This document shows positions 37,745 to 51,200 of a stretch of DNA of 64,000 nucleotides, in pieces. The notes below the pieces were generated by a model, which worked only from the letters and a program-made list of their open reading frames with translations, did no database searches and was not told the origin of the DNA. The DNA is from Antedon mediterranea (lineage: Eukaryota > Animalia > Echinodermata), in contig NC_092671.1 of the NCBI RefSeq assembly GCF_964355755.1, positions 3,782,001-3,846,000 of the forward strand. The letters run 5' to 3'. Position numbers and translations under genes: made by a program. How positions within the stretch are numbered: the first letter of the stretch is position 1; each line of letters opens with the position of its first letter.

Positions 37745-40180
37745 TTAATGCCAAGCATAATAAACGTTTTCAATAATGTTCATGAGTTCCTGTTGTGTAA
37801 GCAGAAAACAATACGTTTTATTAATTTACTTATTGGCAATGCAAAAAAGAAACAGTTTTAGGGTTCATAGACTAAAACTACTTGTCAAGTGATTTTTCTG
37901 GCAAGAGAATAAGGAAAATAGTTATTTTAATGTTACTTTCCAGAAAAAAATCACATAACTGAAAAAAATAATCTCTAGAATATTATATTTTAAAGAAAGA
38001 ATATTATTATGTTTGAAAAATTTGGAAAGACAAATAATTTTTCCTGTTGATGTACGACTTACATTACAAAGACTAACTTCACTAATAGCCCGTGATATTT
38101 CCTGCATCTCATTCTGTTGAAAAAGCACATTCAGAAAAATAATAAGTAATACTCCGATAGGTTGTGTTGAGATTGTCAGTAGGGATGTACTTCTACTGGC
38201 AAAGTGTTATTTTTGTATCCAGAAATGGATTGCAGAATTACAGCGGCGATGTATAAATTATAGCTAGAAAGCATACATAATACAAGCATTACTTTTAAGT
38301 TTCTTATAATTGTAATATATCACAACTGAATATTGATATTATCGATTCTATATTTACCTTAGATGTGCTACATCTTTCGGATTTGTCTGGTCCGGAAACA
38401 GTGTGACCTATGTACACAAGTAGAAACATGGCATTAGTGTAAGTATTTTGTATGTGGTATTTCTGAAACAAGATTTTACTAGCAACACATTTCAGGTGCA
38501 AGCTGTTATAGACAAAGCCTTGTCATGCGGTACAAATTATTGTTATAATTTTACATAAAAAGCGAGTCGATAAGTATTCATTACATATGTGATGTTTCTT
38601 AGAAGGTAAGTTTATTGAAAGTAAACTCAACTTTAGAATCAATACGTTTCCACAGCGAATGTTTGGCATACATTTTAAATTTTAAAATTGTGTTTGTTTT
38701 GTTCGTATAGGCCTCGATTCTAATTTCGCAAGCAAATAAACGCATACCCACCTATGAACTTTAATGAAATAAAAGTGAGATTAAGTTGAAAAATAAAATT
38801 CACTGTCTTCCATGTTTTATAACTTTAACATCAACAATAATAGCCCTTCCCCAACTCTAACAGTAATAATTGGGTGAGCATGTCGCATTGTTGGCCTGTT
38901 AAAATTAAAATATCTGGGTAATAAAAACACGTTAAATTACATACTGTAATTAATCTCTCCTTTCCCGTCGAGCGTTTGAAGAGCACCTTCATATGCTCCT
39001 TGATCAAACTTTGTCTCCCAAGTTTGCTCAAATTCTTGCCGATGTCTCTCTGTAAAGAGTATTCCCGCTATGTCTTTCAGAAGTTGTCCGCTTCGATGCA
39101 GATTCCATAAATTCGTAAGAGCAATGGGATCAACTAAAGAAACATGGAATTCTATAGATCCTTCTGTTAAAATCAAATCTTCACTGGAACCACGGAAGAA
39201 AAAGTAACCAATCAGTTTTTTAAGTTTATCACAACATAATGCAAAGATCTCCTGAAGTGACATTCGGTGTGGAAATTGATGGTCTTCAGATTCCTCATCT
39301 GTTGGCGTTAGGATTATGGCTACTGCAACACCTTTAATAAAACATAAATATATTTTTACACAAAAGTGTTAATCAACAGAAGAAGAAGAAACTTTTATTA
39401 TTTAAACAAAACACCACTGTATACAGGGGATCTAATAGTTTGTTTTGGGCTTATACGGTATAACCACAATTTGCATGTAACATACCACATCGAAAAAGTT
39501 GTTTCTTACAAATATCAAGTAATAGTGAGACTATGTTTTCTACAAATCGTTCAGCCTTTTTATCCGTTAATCACTTAATTAAATGTAATTACACATTTTT
39601 GCATACTGAGTGTTAATGTTATTGTGATGATTATAGCAAAGAAAAAATACATACTATTGTTAAGGAGATGATTCTTCGCTCTTTGGTTAAGACAATGAGC
39701 AAACCTTGCTATTTTTGTGGAATCATCTTCCAGCAAAGCATCTCTCTCCAATCGTAATATTAAATCCCAAATAGTTGGGAATAAACTGGCTGACAACCCG
39801 TAGCGAGCACTAATGTCTTTCAACTCATCATTTCCAACATCTCGCAATGCATTAAACAGGTTTTTACGATAGTTTGACATCTTTCTTGTTGCCGTATTTT
39901 GACGATTTGACTTCATGTACTCTTTTACAAGATCTTTTGCTGATTTTAAATATGAAAGTTCGGCGATTTCTAATAAAAGATGAACATTATCAGGTGCAAT
40001 AAACCCACGCTCTTCTAGTGAATTTAGTAACTGAGGTCCTGAATCTGTAGCGGTAAGGTCATTGTAACGTAGATCATCAAATAAGCAGAATCTCAGCCAT
40101 CTAATATGGGATTCGTCGTAAATTTTGCCGAATGTAAATTTTAATGTTTTGAAATTCTCAATGTCATCACTGTTTGCCAT
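37745..40180 (-). CDS. Tandem death-effector-domain (DED-DED) protein with a TRADD-N-like domain (~352 aa)
   Basis: Exons 40180-39655, 39331-38945, 38407-38358, 38113-38063, 37789-37745 are phase-consistent GT-AG (last three less certain). Two DED-like repeats (FKTLK..LRFC..QLLNSLEERGFIAPDNVHLLLEI; YRKNLFNALRDVGNDELKDI..WDLILRLERDALL), then GSIEFHV..ALTNLWNLHRSGQL..ILFTE, the TRADD-N-like pattern. Non-coding first-exon donor at ~41774. Confidence 0.8.
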
Positions 40181-42054
40181 TTCACCAAACGTGTTTTTGT
40201 CTGCAAAGCAATGAAATTACAATAAACAAATTCATGGAGGAAATGTATTTAATTATGTTATGCTAAACTTGTTTTTGACTTTTGACTTCCATTGAGAATA
40301 AGGAAATTACTATATTATTATAACTAATATTAATACTGTTAATGAAAATGCAGTAAATTGTGTTTATTTTTATAACCTGCATGTCTGTGTCAACGTCTTG
40401 CTTGGCATGGTACTAAACCACTTCTGTATAAAAACTATATATTATATAGGTTTCAATTAAGTATGCCAATATTATTAGAAAATTTTATAAGAAATGTTGT
40501 AATTGAGTCTAATATAAGAAGAATAATATTAAAGATTTGTGCTGAAAATGTTACAGTAGGCGATTATAGAATAGAGAATAACACATTTAGCGTTACGTTT
40601 GTTTTCAAATGCTCTCAGTACATTGTATCTTTAAAAATTTAAATATATACATGGTTGGAAACCAACAAAAAAAACCATTGCAAAAACAAACTTTAATTGC
40701 ATTATTAAAAGTATACGATTTTTGTTAATGCTTTTAGAGCTCTTATAGTCGATAATACATAATACAAATAACCATACCATTTATTGTGATGAATCCAAGG
40801 ATGATTGATTTCAAACAATGACTAAAGGTACTATTATATACATCGAATGGTATGTTTGCTTTTGCTATCAATTTGTCTGTTTTAATTTAGGATGGTATAC
40901 CAAATTTAACCTGACTTCTTATACACTCCCCCACCTCCCTTTAGATGATTTACTGCTTCATCCTCTTTAAATGTATTACGTTGTTGTCTCACAAAAGCCA
41001 TAATAATGAACATAGCTAGTTCATCATTCGAGACTAGCAGGGGGATTACCACCTATCTGATAGGACAGTGATTCATTTACTGTTTGTAATCCTTGACCAC
41101 ATGTGCATAAACACAATATAAATTCATTATATATGAAGACGTGGGATAATTCATGATTTTTCAGTCACACAGAAATTAAATATCTTAAGTATATTGTGTA
41201 GCATTCAGCAATAACAGGTTAGCATTCAGGAACAAACAAGAGAAAGTCTATATACTTTTGCTAATCAAAGTTGCGAGAAATGCATATTTGGAGAGCTCCC
41301 CCACCCCAATGTATTTGTATAGTATGTCAAGCATTACTTATATCTAACAACAATTACCGAAACATTTTTTTCAACAATAGTTATTTGCCTTTCACGCTGA
41401 AAGTTGTTATTGCCGACGATACAATACAATATATTGTGATAAAGCCTAAGCATGACTGATTTTGAAAAAAAGATCACAAACGTTTGAGTATACTATTGAC
41501 AATAAATGAGGTATACATTATCTAAATAAATGCATTTCTTCTTACATGATTTTCTGTGAATCAAAGTATAAGGCGCGACTAATTCCAGCTTCTTTTTACA
41601 GTTTGTACGTTTTATTATCTTTGTACATAGATCTTACTAACTTAGCTAAAAAGTAAAAGGTAGTAATATACATCAAACGAACTAAAACATATGAACGCAT
41701 AATTAAAATGGGTCGGGAATTTACAGTGGGTTATTTTAATCAAGCATTATTGCTTTGTTTTCAAATGGCTTACCTTAAGTAAGTTGTTTTAGAACACCTG
41801 TTTGTTAATATTGAAAAAAAAAAACCAACACGGAACCGACACGGCAATTAGATTGCCAACGTCTCACTGCTGTAGGTACTCTCTAACGGCACTTATACCA
41901 AATATCGTATATTTATATACGATCTTTGCTTATACAACGGCAATAATTAATTCACAGCGCCTCCTATAGATACAGGAATATACGCTTTTTTTTAGAAAAT
42001 GTAGGCTTTAAGTTTTCACAAGACAAACTACTAATGGCATAATTGATATATATA

Positions 42055-42338
<284 letters not shown>

Positions 42339-43004
42339 ATGTTTTATGTTTATCAGACCTGTTAGAGGATGTTTTCGCTGTTGGTTTCGATCGAATGAAA
42401 TAAAATAATACATTGATTTAATATATTTATTTAAAAAAATAAAATACAGCCGTGTCTAATGATAATAAAAAAACATACAATTTAATCAAAGTCATCTCCT
42501 TTATAAAAGAAATAAATCATGTTCTTGATAGTCCTCAAAATAATTATTTTAATGAATTATTCATTATTTCTGATAAAAAATAATGCGGCCCGCCATACTC
42601 AGTAATTATGGGGGATAAATACAGAAAAAGAAATATAAAAAATAGAAATAGAGTGTAAACAGAGTGGATGTGCAAGATTGTGCATTGTATTATCTAAAAT
42701 AAATAGTGATTTAAACATTCATACAACACTGTATACACTATAATGTTTAATAAAAAATGCAATCGCTTGCAGGATTATAAAACAATATTTTGATTCTGGA
42801 TAAAGGAAGGCATATCATGAAAAAGACGAGAAACAATTATTTTAAAATAAACATTTCACATAGAAGCGATGCAGATTAAAAATTAAATGTTACCATAGCA
42901 TAATCCTCACTTCTTTATTTACAAGAGGTACAAAATGAGAAAGAAAATGGAGCTTTGTGTAGACGCTGATCTTCTTTGTCAGCGTTTATCTTTTTATCAG
43001 TGAT

Positions 43005-45725
43005 TCAGCACCATTTGTAAATTTCTCGGAGTATTCTTTCAATGTTAGAACACATATCTCTTGCAACAGAAATGATTGTTTTATTTGAATCTGCTTGCGG
43101 GCGTCCATGTTTATCATCGTTGTTGAGATCACTGAAGTCTTGCAGCCATTTAAACTCAACATTAGTTGCAGGTTGAATCTTGAAAAAACGAATGAAATTA
43201 CAGATGTGTATTATGTATCTTTATAACATTTATTCGGAAGAAACATTTAAAAAACATTTTAAATATATACCAAGTCGCTTGCTTGGTTGATTATGCAAAA
43301 CGATAATATTGATAATTATATATTAGCATCTTAGTATTACATTCATAATTGCTATAATAAAAGTTTGTGTCATTTCATTACGTGACCTTACTAAGTGGAA
43401 TCTGTATAACAGACACTTACCGTTTTAAGGTATTCAAACAGATCTGGTAATTCATTTTCAAAGTCTATCCAATGGCTTCCTTTTAGTTGCTTTAGCATTT
43501 GGTTTTCAACAGATGCTCGATTTTCGTTTCGAATAATAATGAAATCTAAAGACTTGGGGTTAGCCTTAACCTTCTGCTGCTGCTCCTTAGGTTTGGGATA
43601 ACCATGTTTGTTTCCTAATAACGCCATAGCATGGTTTAGTGAATTACGTCCTTTCTGTAGCACGGTAGATATATTAGCAGATATGTTATCATCATCCATT
43701 AGAATGCTGTATTCCATTTCAAGTTGACATTCTCTTAATGCTTTTAATTCTTGGCCCATCAAAGATCCATCATCAGAAGAAGGTAACAGTTCTGCAAGTT
43801 CTTGTTTCAGGTTAAACTCTTTACTCCAGTTTTCGTCATCTTTAACGACTGAAGCAATACATTTCAAAGCAGACATTCTTGATCCAGTATCTCCCGTCCG
43901 TTTCGTTTCTTTCAATAAACGTTTCGCACCATCCAAACTTCCAATTTCTGTTGCTCGTGTAAACATTCTTATCGCTTTAATGCCATCTCCTGACTCAGCT
44001 GCTTTCTCTCCTTTTGCTACAAGTAAATCAATTGTAAGTTGACTGACGTGGTCTTTCTCTGTCACACATGTCTCGCATTTAATAATCGACAAAACACTAC
44101 TGCAAACATCAAAGTTACCCATCTTCAAATTCACTTTAGCAAACTTAACGAGTGTCGCAACCTCCTGATCATGGTTAGTATTTGGTGTTTTATAGTGAAA
44201 TGCTCGCAAGGCACCCCTATAATACGAACAAGCGTTCTTAAAGTCAACTATCTTTTCATGTAGCGTTACATTTTCTAGATTTGGTTTAACTTTATTTCGA
44301 CCTTTCGAATTTTGAATTTTGATATTAAAATGAGTTTTTAATTTTCGTATTATTTCATTAACACGCCTCTGTTGTTCCGTTATAAATTCAATGGGTACAT
44401 TCTCAGAAATATTCTTGGCGAATTGCAATTTCAAAACAATCCTTGTTTTTGGAAGCTTCTTCATCATATTGGTTTAGTAATTAAAAAAAATGTGCATAGT
44501 TTTGGTAAATATGAAACTTGGTGAAGAACGGATCATCTTTGAAATCAAATAATAGATTAGTATACACGGTACTCGCCTCATCATGTCTTCCAAGAGAGGC
44601 TAAGGCATCTGCTTTTAGCATTTTGGCTCCGGCATCAGATGGGTGTAACCTAATCGCATTTTCAATACACGTCAATTCATTGTTTGTGTCATTTTTTTCT
44701 CGGCAAAGAACTGCTTCTTGAACAAAAATACACGCTGCTTCACCGTAATTCCTTTTAGAATATTCGATAACGTCATGAGCTTTTTAAAAATATATTGAAT
44801 CGCAATTAGGCTCACTGCACTTCCGGTTTCCTTTCAATCTACAACTACAGCCACCCATTCTGATATAGCATTGAGCTACGAGACCCAATACCTTCGGTCT
44901 TGAAGCAAGCGTGTTGCTATATTTAGTAAATTCATTATTTTTTGTATACAAGGATCATTGACATTTTTAATACAAGACTGTGTGTACTGGATCTTTTCTT
45001 AGATCTTTTCTTAGACCTTTTCTGATGTTTTCGTCTGTGGATATCAGCTAGAATCGTATTAGCATATGCATGACCAGCATATAGTTTTAAAACTTCATCC
45101 ATAACTGTTTTAACATGATCCATTCCATCAGACCACTCAAATTTGTATATATAACTCGTTGGTCTTCGCCAGGTTATAAGTCCAAGCATAAACTTCCAAT
45201 CGATATTTTCTGGACAAATCTCTGTTGCTAGTTTAAGCTCAGTCTCACTTTCTTTGTACCTAGAAAATAATAACCTTGACCACGCAAAACCTTTAGTCAC
45301 ATGAATACTTGCTTGAAACTTTCTTCTTTCTTCTTCCGCACCTTCCTGATATACCACGAGAAGGCCTTTAAAAGTTCCAGGTAATTTTCTTCTTTTTCGC
45401 TTTGATTAGTTGTAAACCAACACTTTAATGCCAAATATATTGATTTATAAACATCTTTGATTGATTCAGCGGCAGGTAATTCTGATATTGCACGAGCGGC
45501 TTCCTCGTTTTTCGCTTTTGCAATATCCTTCTCATCGTTTCCTTTAACATCTGACATGTATAAGTAGCTTTCAAATAAAAGTGCCTCAATGGATAACATG
45601 TCTTCTTCCTGGTGTTCAATACTTGGCTGATTTAACGATTTAAATGATTTACTTGTATTTTCAAGTTTCCAGTTGGCATGAAACTCAACATCTTGTAGGC
45701 CTAATTCAATATTTTTCCATTCCAT
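43005..45725 (-). pseudogene. IFIT-like TPR-HEPN paralog B (multiple frameshifts)
   Basis: Long exon 45725-43421 is broken into at least four ORFs, each aligning with paralog D. Terminal exon 43178-43005 encodes IQPATNVEFKWLQDFSDLNNDDKHGR...KWC*. Confidence 0.88.
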
Positions 45726-48094
45726 GGTGTTGGCCTATATTAAAAAATACTTATTAGAATATTTGAATGACGTTGCCAGATTGGTTTATAATTAACCAAG
45801 TGTTTACGCCATGATACACGGATTAGAAATGAAACAAAATATAAAATAAATAAAAGTCAACATTTCAAACAAAACGCAATTGTGCCGCTATGTACAAAAA
45901 GAACAAAATGTTAAACAGAAACTACCGACGTTTGAAAAACAATAAAATAATAATAATTATAATTCAGCTCTTTGTATATGAACTGCCCATAAATTATAAT
46001 CACAAACACATGGCCTACAGTTGTTTTCTATATCGCATGTATGTATTCTCTAACGAAACATTACGTATAAACAAAGATGTTTAAATCGATTAAAATAGGA
46101 TACGATGGGTTATCATTCATCGTCTCTGGTTCCGTACCCATCGAATTTCAATCGCCAATGCTTTTCCTCAGCACCAGCATTGTTTTATTTATCACTACCC
46201 GTACCCATGGAAACATTGATTAAAAATGTGTATAACAGTCTTCTGTGAAAGACCCCTTTTACCTGTTAAACCCTACAATTCTAAATATATTTTTATAGTA
46301 TTGTTATTGTATACTAAAACCTAGTACATTGTGCGACTTATCCACGTCTTACGCGAAAACAGGGGGCTCAGTAAGATTGTGTAATATTGTGCGGAACACA
46401 AAGGAGTGACAACTAAGAATTTCATCCTTGTAACCAGACATGTTTAGCTCACAAGGAAAATGTACTTTTACTCAACTCATTAATCTTGAATCCGCTAACT
46501 TCAACTTCAAGTACGAAAGAATAATATATTATATTCCAAACACTAAAATAGACGCAATCTAATTGATATAAGTCAATACAATGATGTCATCATCACGAAT
46601 AATGTATGCCAAAATATTGATTCGTTATCACAATGTCATGTATTCATTACTTGGGTCATCGATCTGTTTCTCATCGTCGTAATTATACGTATACATTGTT
46701 CTATTATCTGGAAATTTCCAACAATCTATGCATGTTTACGCTTGTTTAAACATGCATAATATGGTAAATTGTAAAACAATAATCATTATATATACCATGA
46801 ATCTCGTTGCTTAATCTTTTGATGACAAAACACAATTGAACGTCATTTGTCATGTCATGTTAAACATCGGTCGCTAATGTTTTATTTTATGATGGTACTG
46901 CTGCTTCATTTTTTTTAAACAATTTTTTAGCCTACCCTCTACTACATTATATTAATAATGTTCACAAAAATGTTTTATTATGTAAAATTACCTCGTAAAT
47001 CATATGCATATGAATTTAAATGAAGGTAAGCATCTTGCACTTCAAATGCAAACAATTGCTTTATTATTACAACGACCGAAAAAATACAAGTCCGCTACAT
47101 TTGATGATACACAATTAAACTAAACTAAAAATATAAAACTATAAGCAATGGAATAGCCGTACATCTAGACATTAAACTACATTAATTATTATGTCATTAT
47201 GAAATAACTTATTTTATACAACACATTGTCCTAATATCTGGAAATTACCCACATTATACGCATGGGTAACCATTTAGGTAGCTTTGTTAATTCAATAATG
47301 CTGTGCATTTGTTGCCGCGTGAAATACTTTTTTATAAATACGTACTGGAACAAAAAAGCGTGGTACCAGAAAGCCAACCAAAGAATGACCAGTTGCATTC
47401 GTTTAATGTAGCCAAAGTGCCACATAAGTTACTGTGTAAATACACTATTGTCAGCATTAATGGGGAAAGGTGTTGTGTTAGGTACATCATTTTTATTTTC
47501 AAATAAATTGAAAGAAATCAGTGATTACGCGAGGCTAAAATTCCGATCAACCTTTTTTTTTTTTAAATGTTTTTACTAAACATGCCTACAATATCGAACG
47601 AATATTGCACGCGTATCTCAATCAAAGTAATGTTAAAGGATGCATTACCATAACTTGGACCTACATAATTCTCAGTTCAGTTCAGTTTTTTCAGTTCAAT
47701 AACATTTATTCAATAATGATGGTATTATTAGGATCAAGATTAGAAGTGGGTACTTAAGCACACATAAGGTATAAAATATACTGATTCAAAAGACAAATAT
47801 TATTATGACCGTTGATGAGCTTTGCAGGTTCAATTTAATTATAAATATTATTATTTATCTAAGTTATGTAGTATTAATTTCACATGTAAAAACTGGAAAT
47901 AAATAATTAATTTACTATTAATGCTTGGTTCCCACTGCATACGGAACACAAGGACGTAACGCAACGCAAGTGATTCGACCAATCACAAGCGATGGATTAT
48001 TGGAAATGTCGCTTTGGTCAACTCGCTTGCGTTGTTACAGAATGAGCTTTAGAGTTAGGATAATATTTTTTTCCAAAACTCCATAACGTTATTT

Positions 48095-48356
48095 AGGAGG
48101 AATTAGTGTTAATAATGATCGTATTATCCTCCATTAAGACGCTATATTCAATTTTGAATTGGCAATTTCATAATGCCTTTAATTCTTGACCTATTAAAGA
48201 TCCGTCATCACAAGACGTTCTGCATGTTCTTGTTTAAAGCTAAACTCTTTAGGAAAGTTTTCGTCATCTTTAGCGATCGAAGCAATGCTTTTTAAAGCAT
48301 ACAGTCTCAGCTTTTCTGTATTTTCTGTCCTTTTCGTTTCTTGTAATAATCGGTTA
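48095..48356 (-). pseudogene. Internal remnant of a TPR-HEPN paralog
   Basis: RLLQETKRTENTEKLRLYALKSIASIAKDDENFPKEFSFKQE aligns with RLLEETKRTEDTKLRMSALKSIASVAK..KEFNLKQE and is followed by stops. Confidence 0.8.
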
Positions 48357-48753
48357 TAATAATAATATAATTTTAAACTGTTAAGATAAAAGGGGTCAAG
48401 ACTGTTCTGCATAATACGTGACACTATAGTTGATAGGTTGTAACTTTGATACCGTAAATGTGACTTGTCGGCGCCGATGCTATTATAGACAGATACAGAA
48501 CTGTGAGTAGGCCTAGGCCTATTGAGGCCCAACGTCAAATCTCTATGCTTAAAATAGAATTATTGATTATGTAGTAAAAATAAAACTTCTGCTGTAGTGC
48601 CTATTATCATTAAACCACAGCCTACCAGTGAAATTAGATAATACTTAACCTCCTTGTCCTAAGCTAATGTCGTTATTGTGATTACTATAGTGATATTTAT
48701 CCGGAAATTTCCTACATTACGCGCATGCGCGACCACATAATTATAATTAAGTT

Positions 48754-49112
48754 GAGTGAGTGAGTGGCCGAGCGGTTAAGACAGTGGAACAGTAATTAAG
48801 TAGCCATAAAATCGGCAAGGGTTCGAGGCTCACTCGCTCCATGGTTCTGGTGGTAGAACGAGTCTTCTCGGATAAGGACTAGAAACCGTAGGTCCAGTGT
48901 ACACATAGCTCATGCGCACTTTAAAGAACCTAGTAAATCTTTCGAGACGAGTAGGGGGTTACCCCGGTGTACTAGTCCACACAAACACAGCCACTGTCAC
49001 ACACAGCCACTGTGCAAATTGGGACTGGGCCGTTTTAGAGGTGTTTACCACCTGTTGGTCCAGATCCTTCACTAACTGAATTAGTGAGAAGTCGAATAAA
49101 TAAAATAAATAA
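48754..49112 (+). mobile_element. tRNA-derived SINE with a Deu/Nin-like central domain
   Basis: A box TGGCCGAGCGG, B box GGTTCGAGGC, core GTCTTCTCGGATAAGGAC..AAACCGTAGGTCC..GAGTAGGGGGTTACCCCGGTG, (AAAT)n tail. Confidence 0.85.
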
Positions 49113-49315
49113 TGCTGTTTACAGTAAAAAGGCTACGTGTAGAGAACAATTATTCACTATCAACAATTTTATGCATTTTATTTTATAATATTCAATTAAC
49201 ACAATGTACAAATAATCTCTGTTCCTCGTGCCAGCTGTCGTCAATCATTGTGTTAGCTATCGGTAACCGTCATGAATTCTTACATTTTTATCCAAAAAAT
49301 ATATGTAGTGTCAAT

Positions 49316-49672
49316 TTATTTATTTATTTATTTTATGTCTTTAGGCACTGTGGCCAAGGATTACCAATAGTGAATTAATCACTGTCCTATCAGATAGGTG
49401 GTAATCCCCCTGATACAGAGGCTACGGTATTGTGTGAACCAGTTCACCGGGGTAACCCCCTACTCTTTTTCGAATAATGAACTGGGTTCTTTAAAGTACA
49501 CACAGGTTATAACTGTGTACACTGGACCTACGGTTTATAGTCCTTATCCGAGAAGACTTGTTCCACCACCAGAACTAGGAGCGAGTCGGCCTCGAACCCT
49601 TGCCGATGTTGTTGTTGGCTCTTTAGGTACGATAAACGGCGCCCCTGCCTTAACCGCTCGGCCATATGACTC
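49316..49672 (-). mobile_element. Second tRNA-derived Deu/Nin-like SINE, inverted, with a different 3' tail
   Basis: Same head and core on the minus strand. Its tail GGGGGATTACCACCTATCTGATAGGACAGTGATT also occurs at ~41040-41100. A core fragment lies at ~16105-16160. Confidence 0.85.
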
Positions 49673-49879
49673 GCTACAAATAAATGCCAAATAATAAGCT
49701 CTTTTTTACACACCTTTGCTGCAAGACTAAACAAAGTTATCTTAAAAACATATTATAGGCATTATTAAGAACAATTTTTATAACTGGTATAGTAATACAA
49801 AAATCTGGTTCAATGGTCAGACAAAATTAACGTTTTGTGTTCGTAGACCTCCTTACCATCGTATACCGATGGATTCACC

Positions 49880-50040
49880 TCTTTAACCAGGGTTCCTTCT
49901 CAGTAAACCAGGACCATTTCTATATATTTCTTCAAGTATTTCTTCAACGTTAGAACACATATCTCGAATATATCTAGAATAAATAACATATTTCCTAGGA
50001 ATACACAAATTAATTATAAATAGATATATATCTATATGAT
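49880..50040 (-). pseudogene. Remnant of a paralog-D-like terminal exon and last intron
   Basis: Matches 55730-55810 joined to 55960-56030; the intervening ~150 bp are missing. Confidence 0.75.
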
Positions 50041-50059
50041 TTTATTTTTATTCTATTTG

Positions 50060-50470
50060 AACAATATTTAATGAGGGTGATCCATCCAGCATAAACTGAT
50101 CCAGTACATGTGAATTCTTTCCACAACTTTGGTCCATATATGTGTATAAATTGCTGACTGCAAGTCAATCTCGTAAAGGGAATTTCGAATTCAGTTTCTT
50201 TTCTGAGGTTATGAGTAAAACTGGCACAGTAACTAAACATATTTAAAATATGATATGGTAATTATTTGCATCTTACATTTGCCATAATATGACGTTTAGG
50301 TTACTTTGTGAATATCATAAACGTTAAATAGTTTCAGTTTCTTAAACAATGGCTCTGAGACTTTTCTGAATTGAGAGAAAGTAATGCATTTTACAACTCT
50401 CTTTTGGAGCTTTAAGAGGACTTCTAATATAATTATATTCACATAGGACTATTGTGTCATGAATATAACC
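50060..50470 (-). mobile_element. Degraded LINE 3' fragment
   Basis: HNLRKETEFEIPFTRLTCSQQFIHIYGPKLWKEF fits the H-x-x-x-R...P..R...GP.LW C-terminal signature of CR1/L2 ORF2. Confidence 0.6.
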
Positions 50471-51200
50471 AGTATATAGCGACTTCCAGTGGAAAAGGGT
50501 CGAGGTTTATCTGGCGGCGAAGGTGAATTAAATTCTAAAGATTGTAGTCCTTTTTTTTTTATTGTTTATGAAATATAATGCTATGAACCTAATTTCCATT
50601 ACTTGCTTTTTTCAACGGAAAGTTTTAAAACAATGGAAGAAAACAGGTCTCCTAATCGAATTGTTCCGTCCATTAATATGATTATCTCCCCCCCCCCCCC
50701 TTATTTTCAACAATGTCCTCTAAGTAAAGTAACCTACTTCGCGCGCTTTTAAAACATTTCAAGACGTCACAGCTACAGACGGCTTTCATTCTCACATATT
50801 GCCCGTCTCGAATAATAGAATATTCCCTGTATATTCTCTGCACACAGTTCTGTGAGAAATGGTACGAGATGAGTTGATGTTTATTACTAATTTTTAAGAT
50901 AAGTATATATTTTTAAGATAAGTATTTGCTTTGTAGAATTGGGGTTCCTTAGCTTTTGTTATGTATTTGCATTTTATTTATGTTCTCATTGTTTAAATTC
51001 AGCCATTTCATTTTTTATTCAATTGAATGAATGTGTCTTGAACTATTTAACTATTTAGCAATAATATAACACAACAACAATAGAAATACAAACTAGATTA
51101 ACTTAAAGTGAGACAAAATAAAGCTATGTTGATGTTTTGTAATTACCAAACCCCCATAGATTCAAGTCATGAATCAAAATTCAGATTCTTTTGAAGTGGC

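Noticed and set aside
48765-48835. tRNA-like A/B boxes (also ~23168 and ~63661)
   Set aside because: SINE heads without a full cloverleaf; not tRNA genes.
50330-50342. Perfect ISRE-like AGTTTCAGTTTC
   Set aside because: It lies inside a LINE fragment and is not repeated upstream of the paralogs, so chance is likely.
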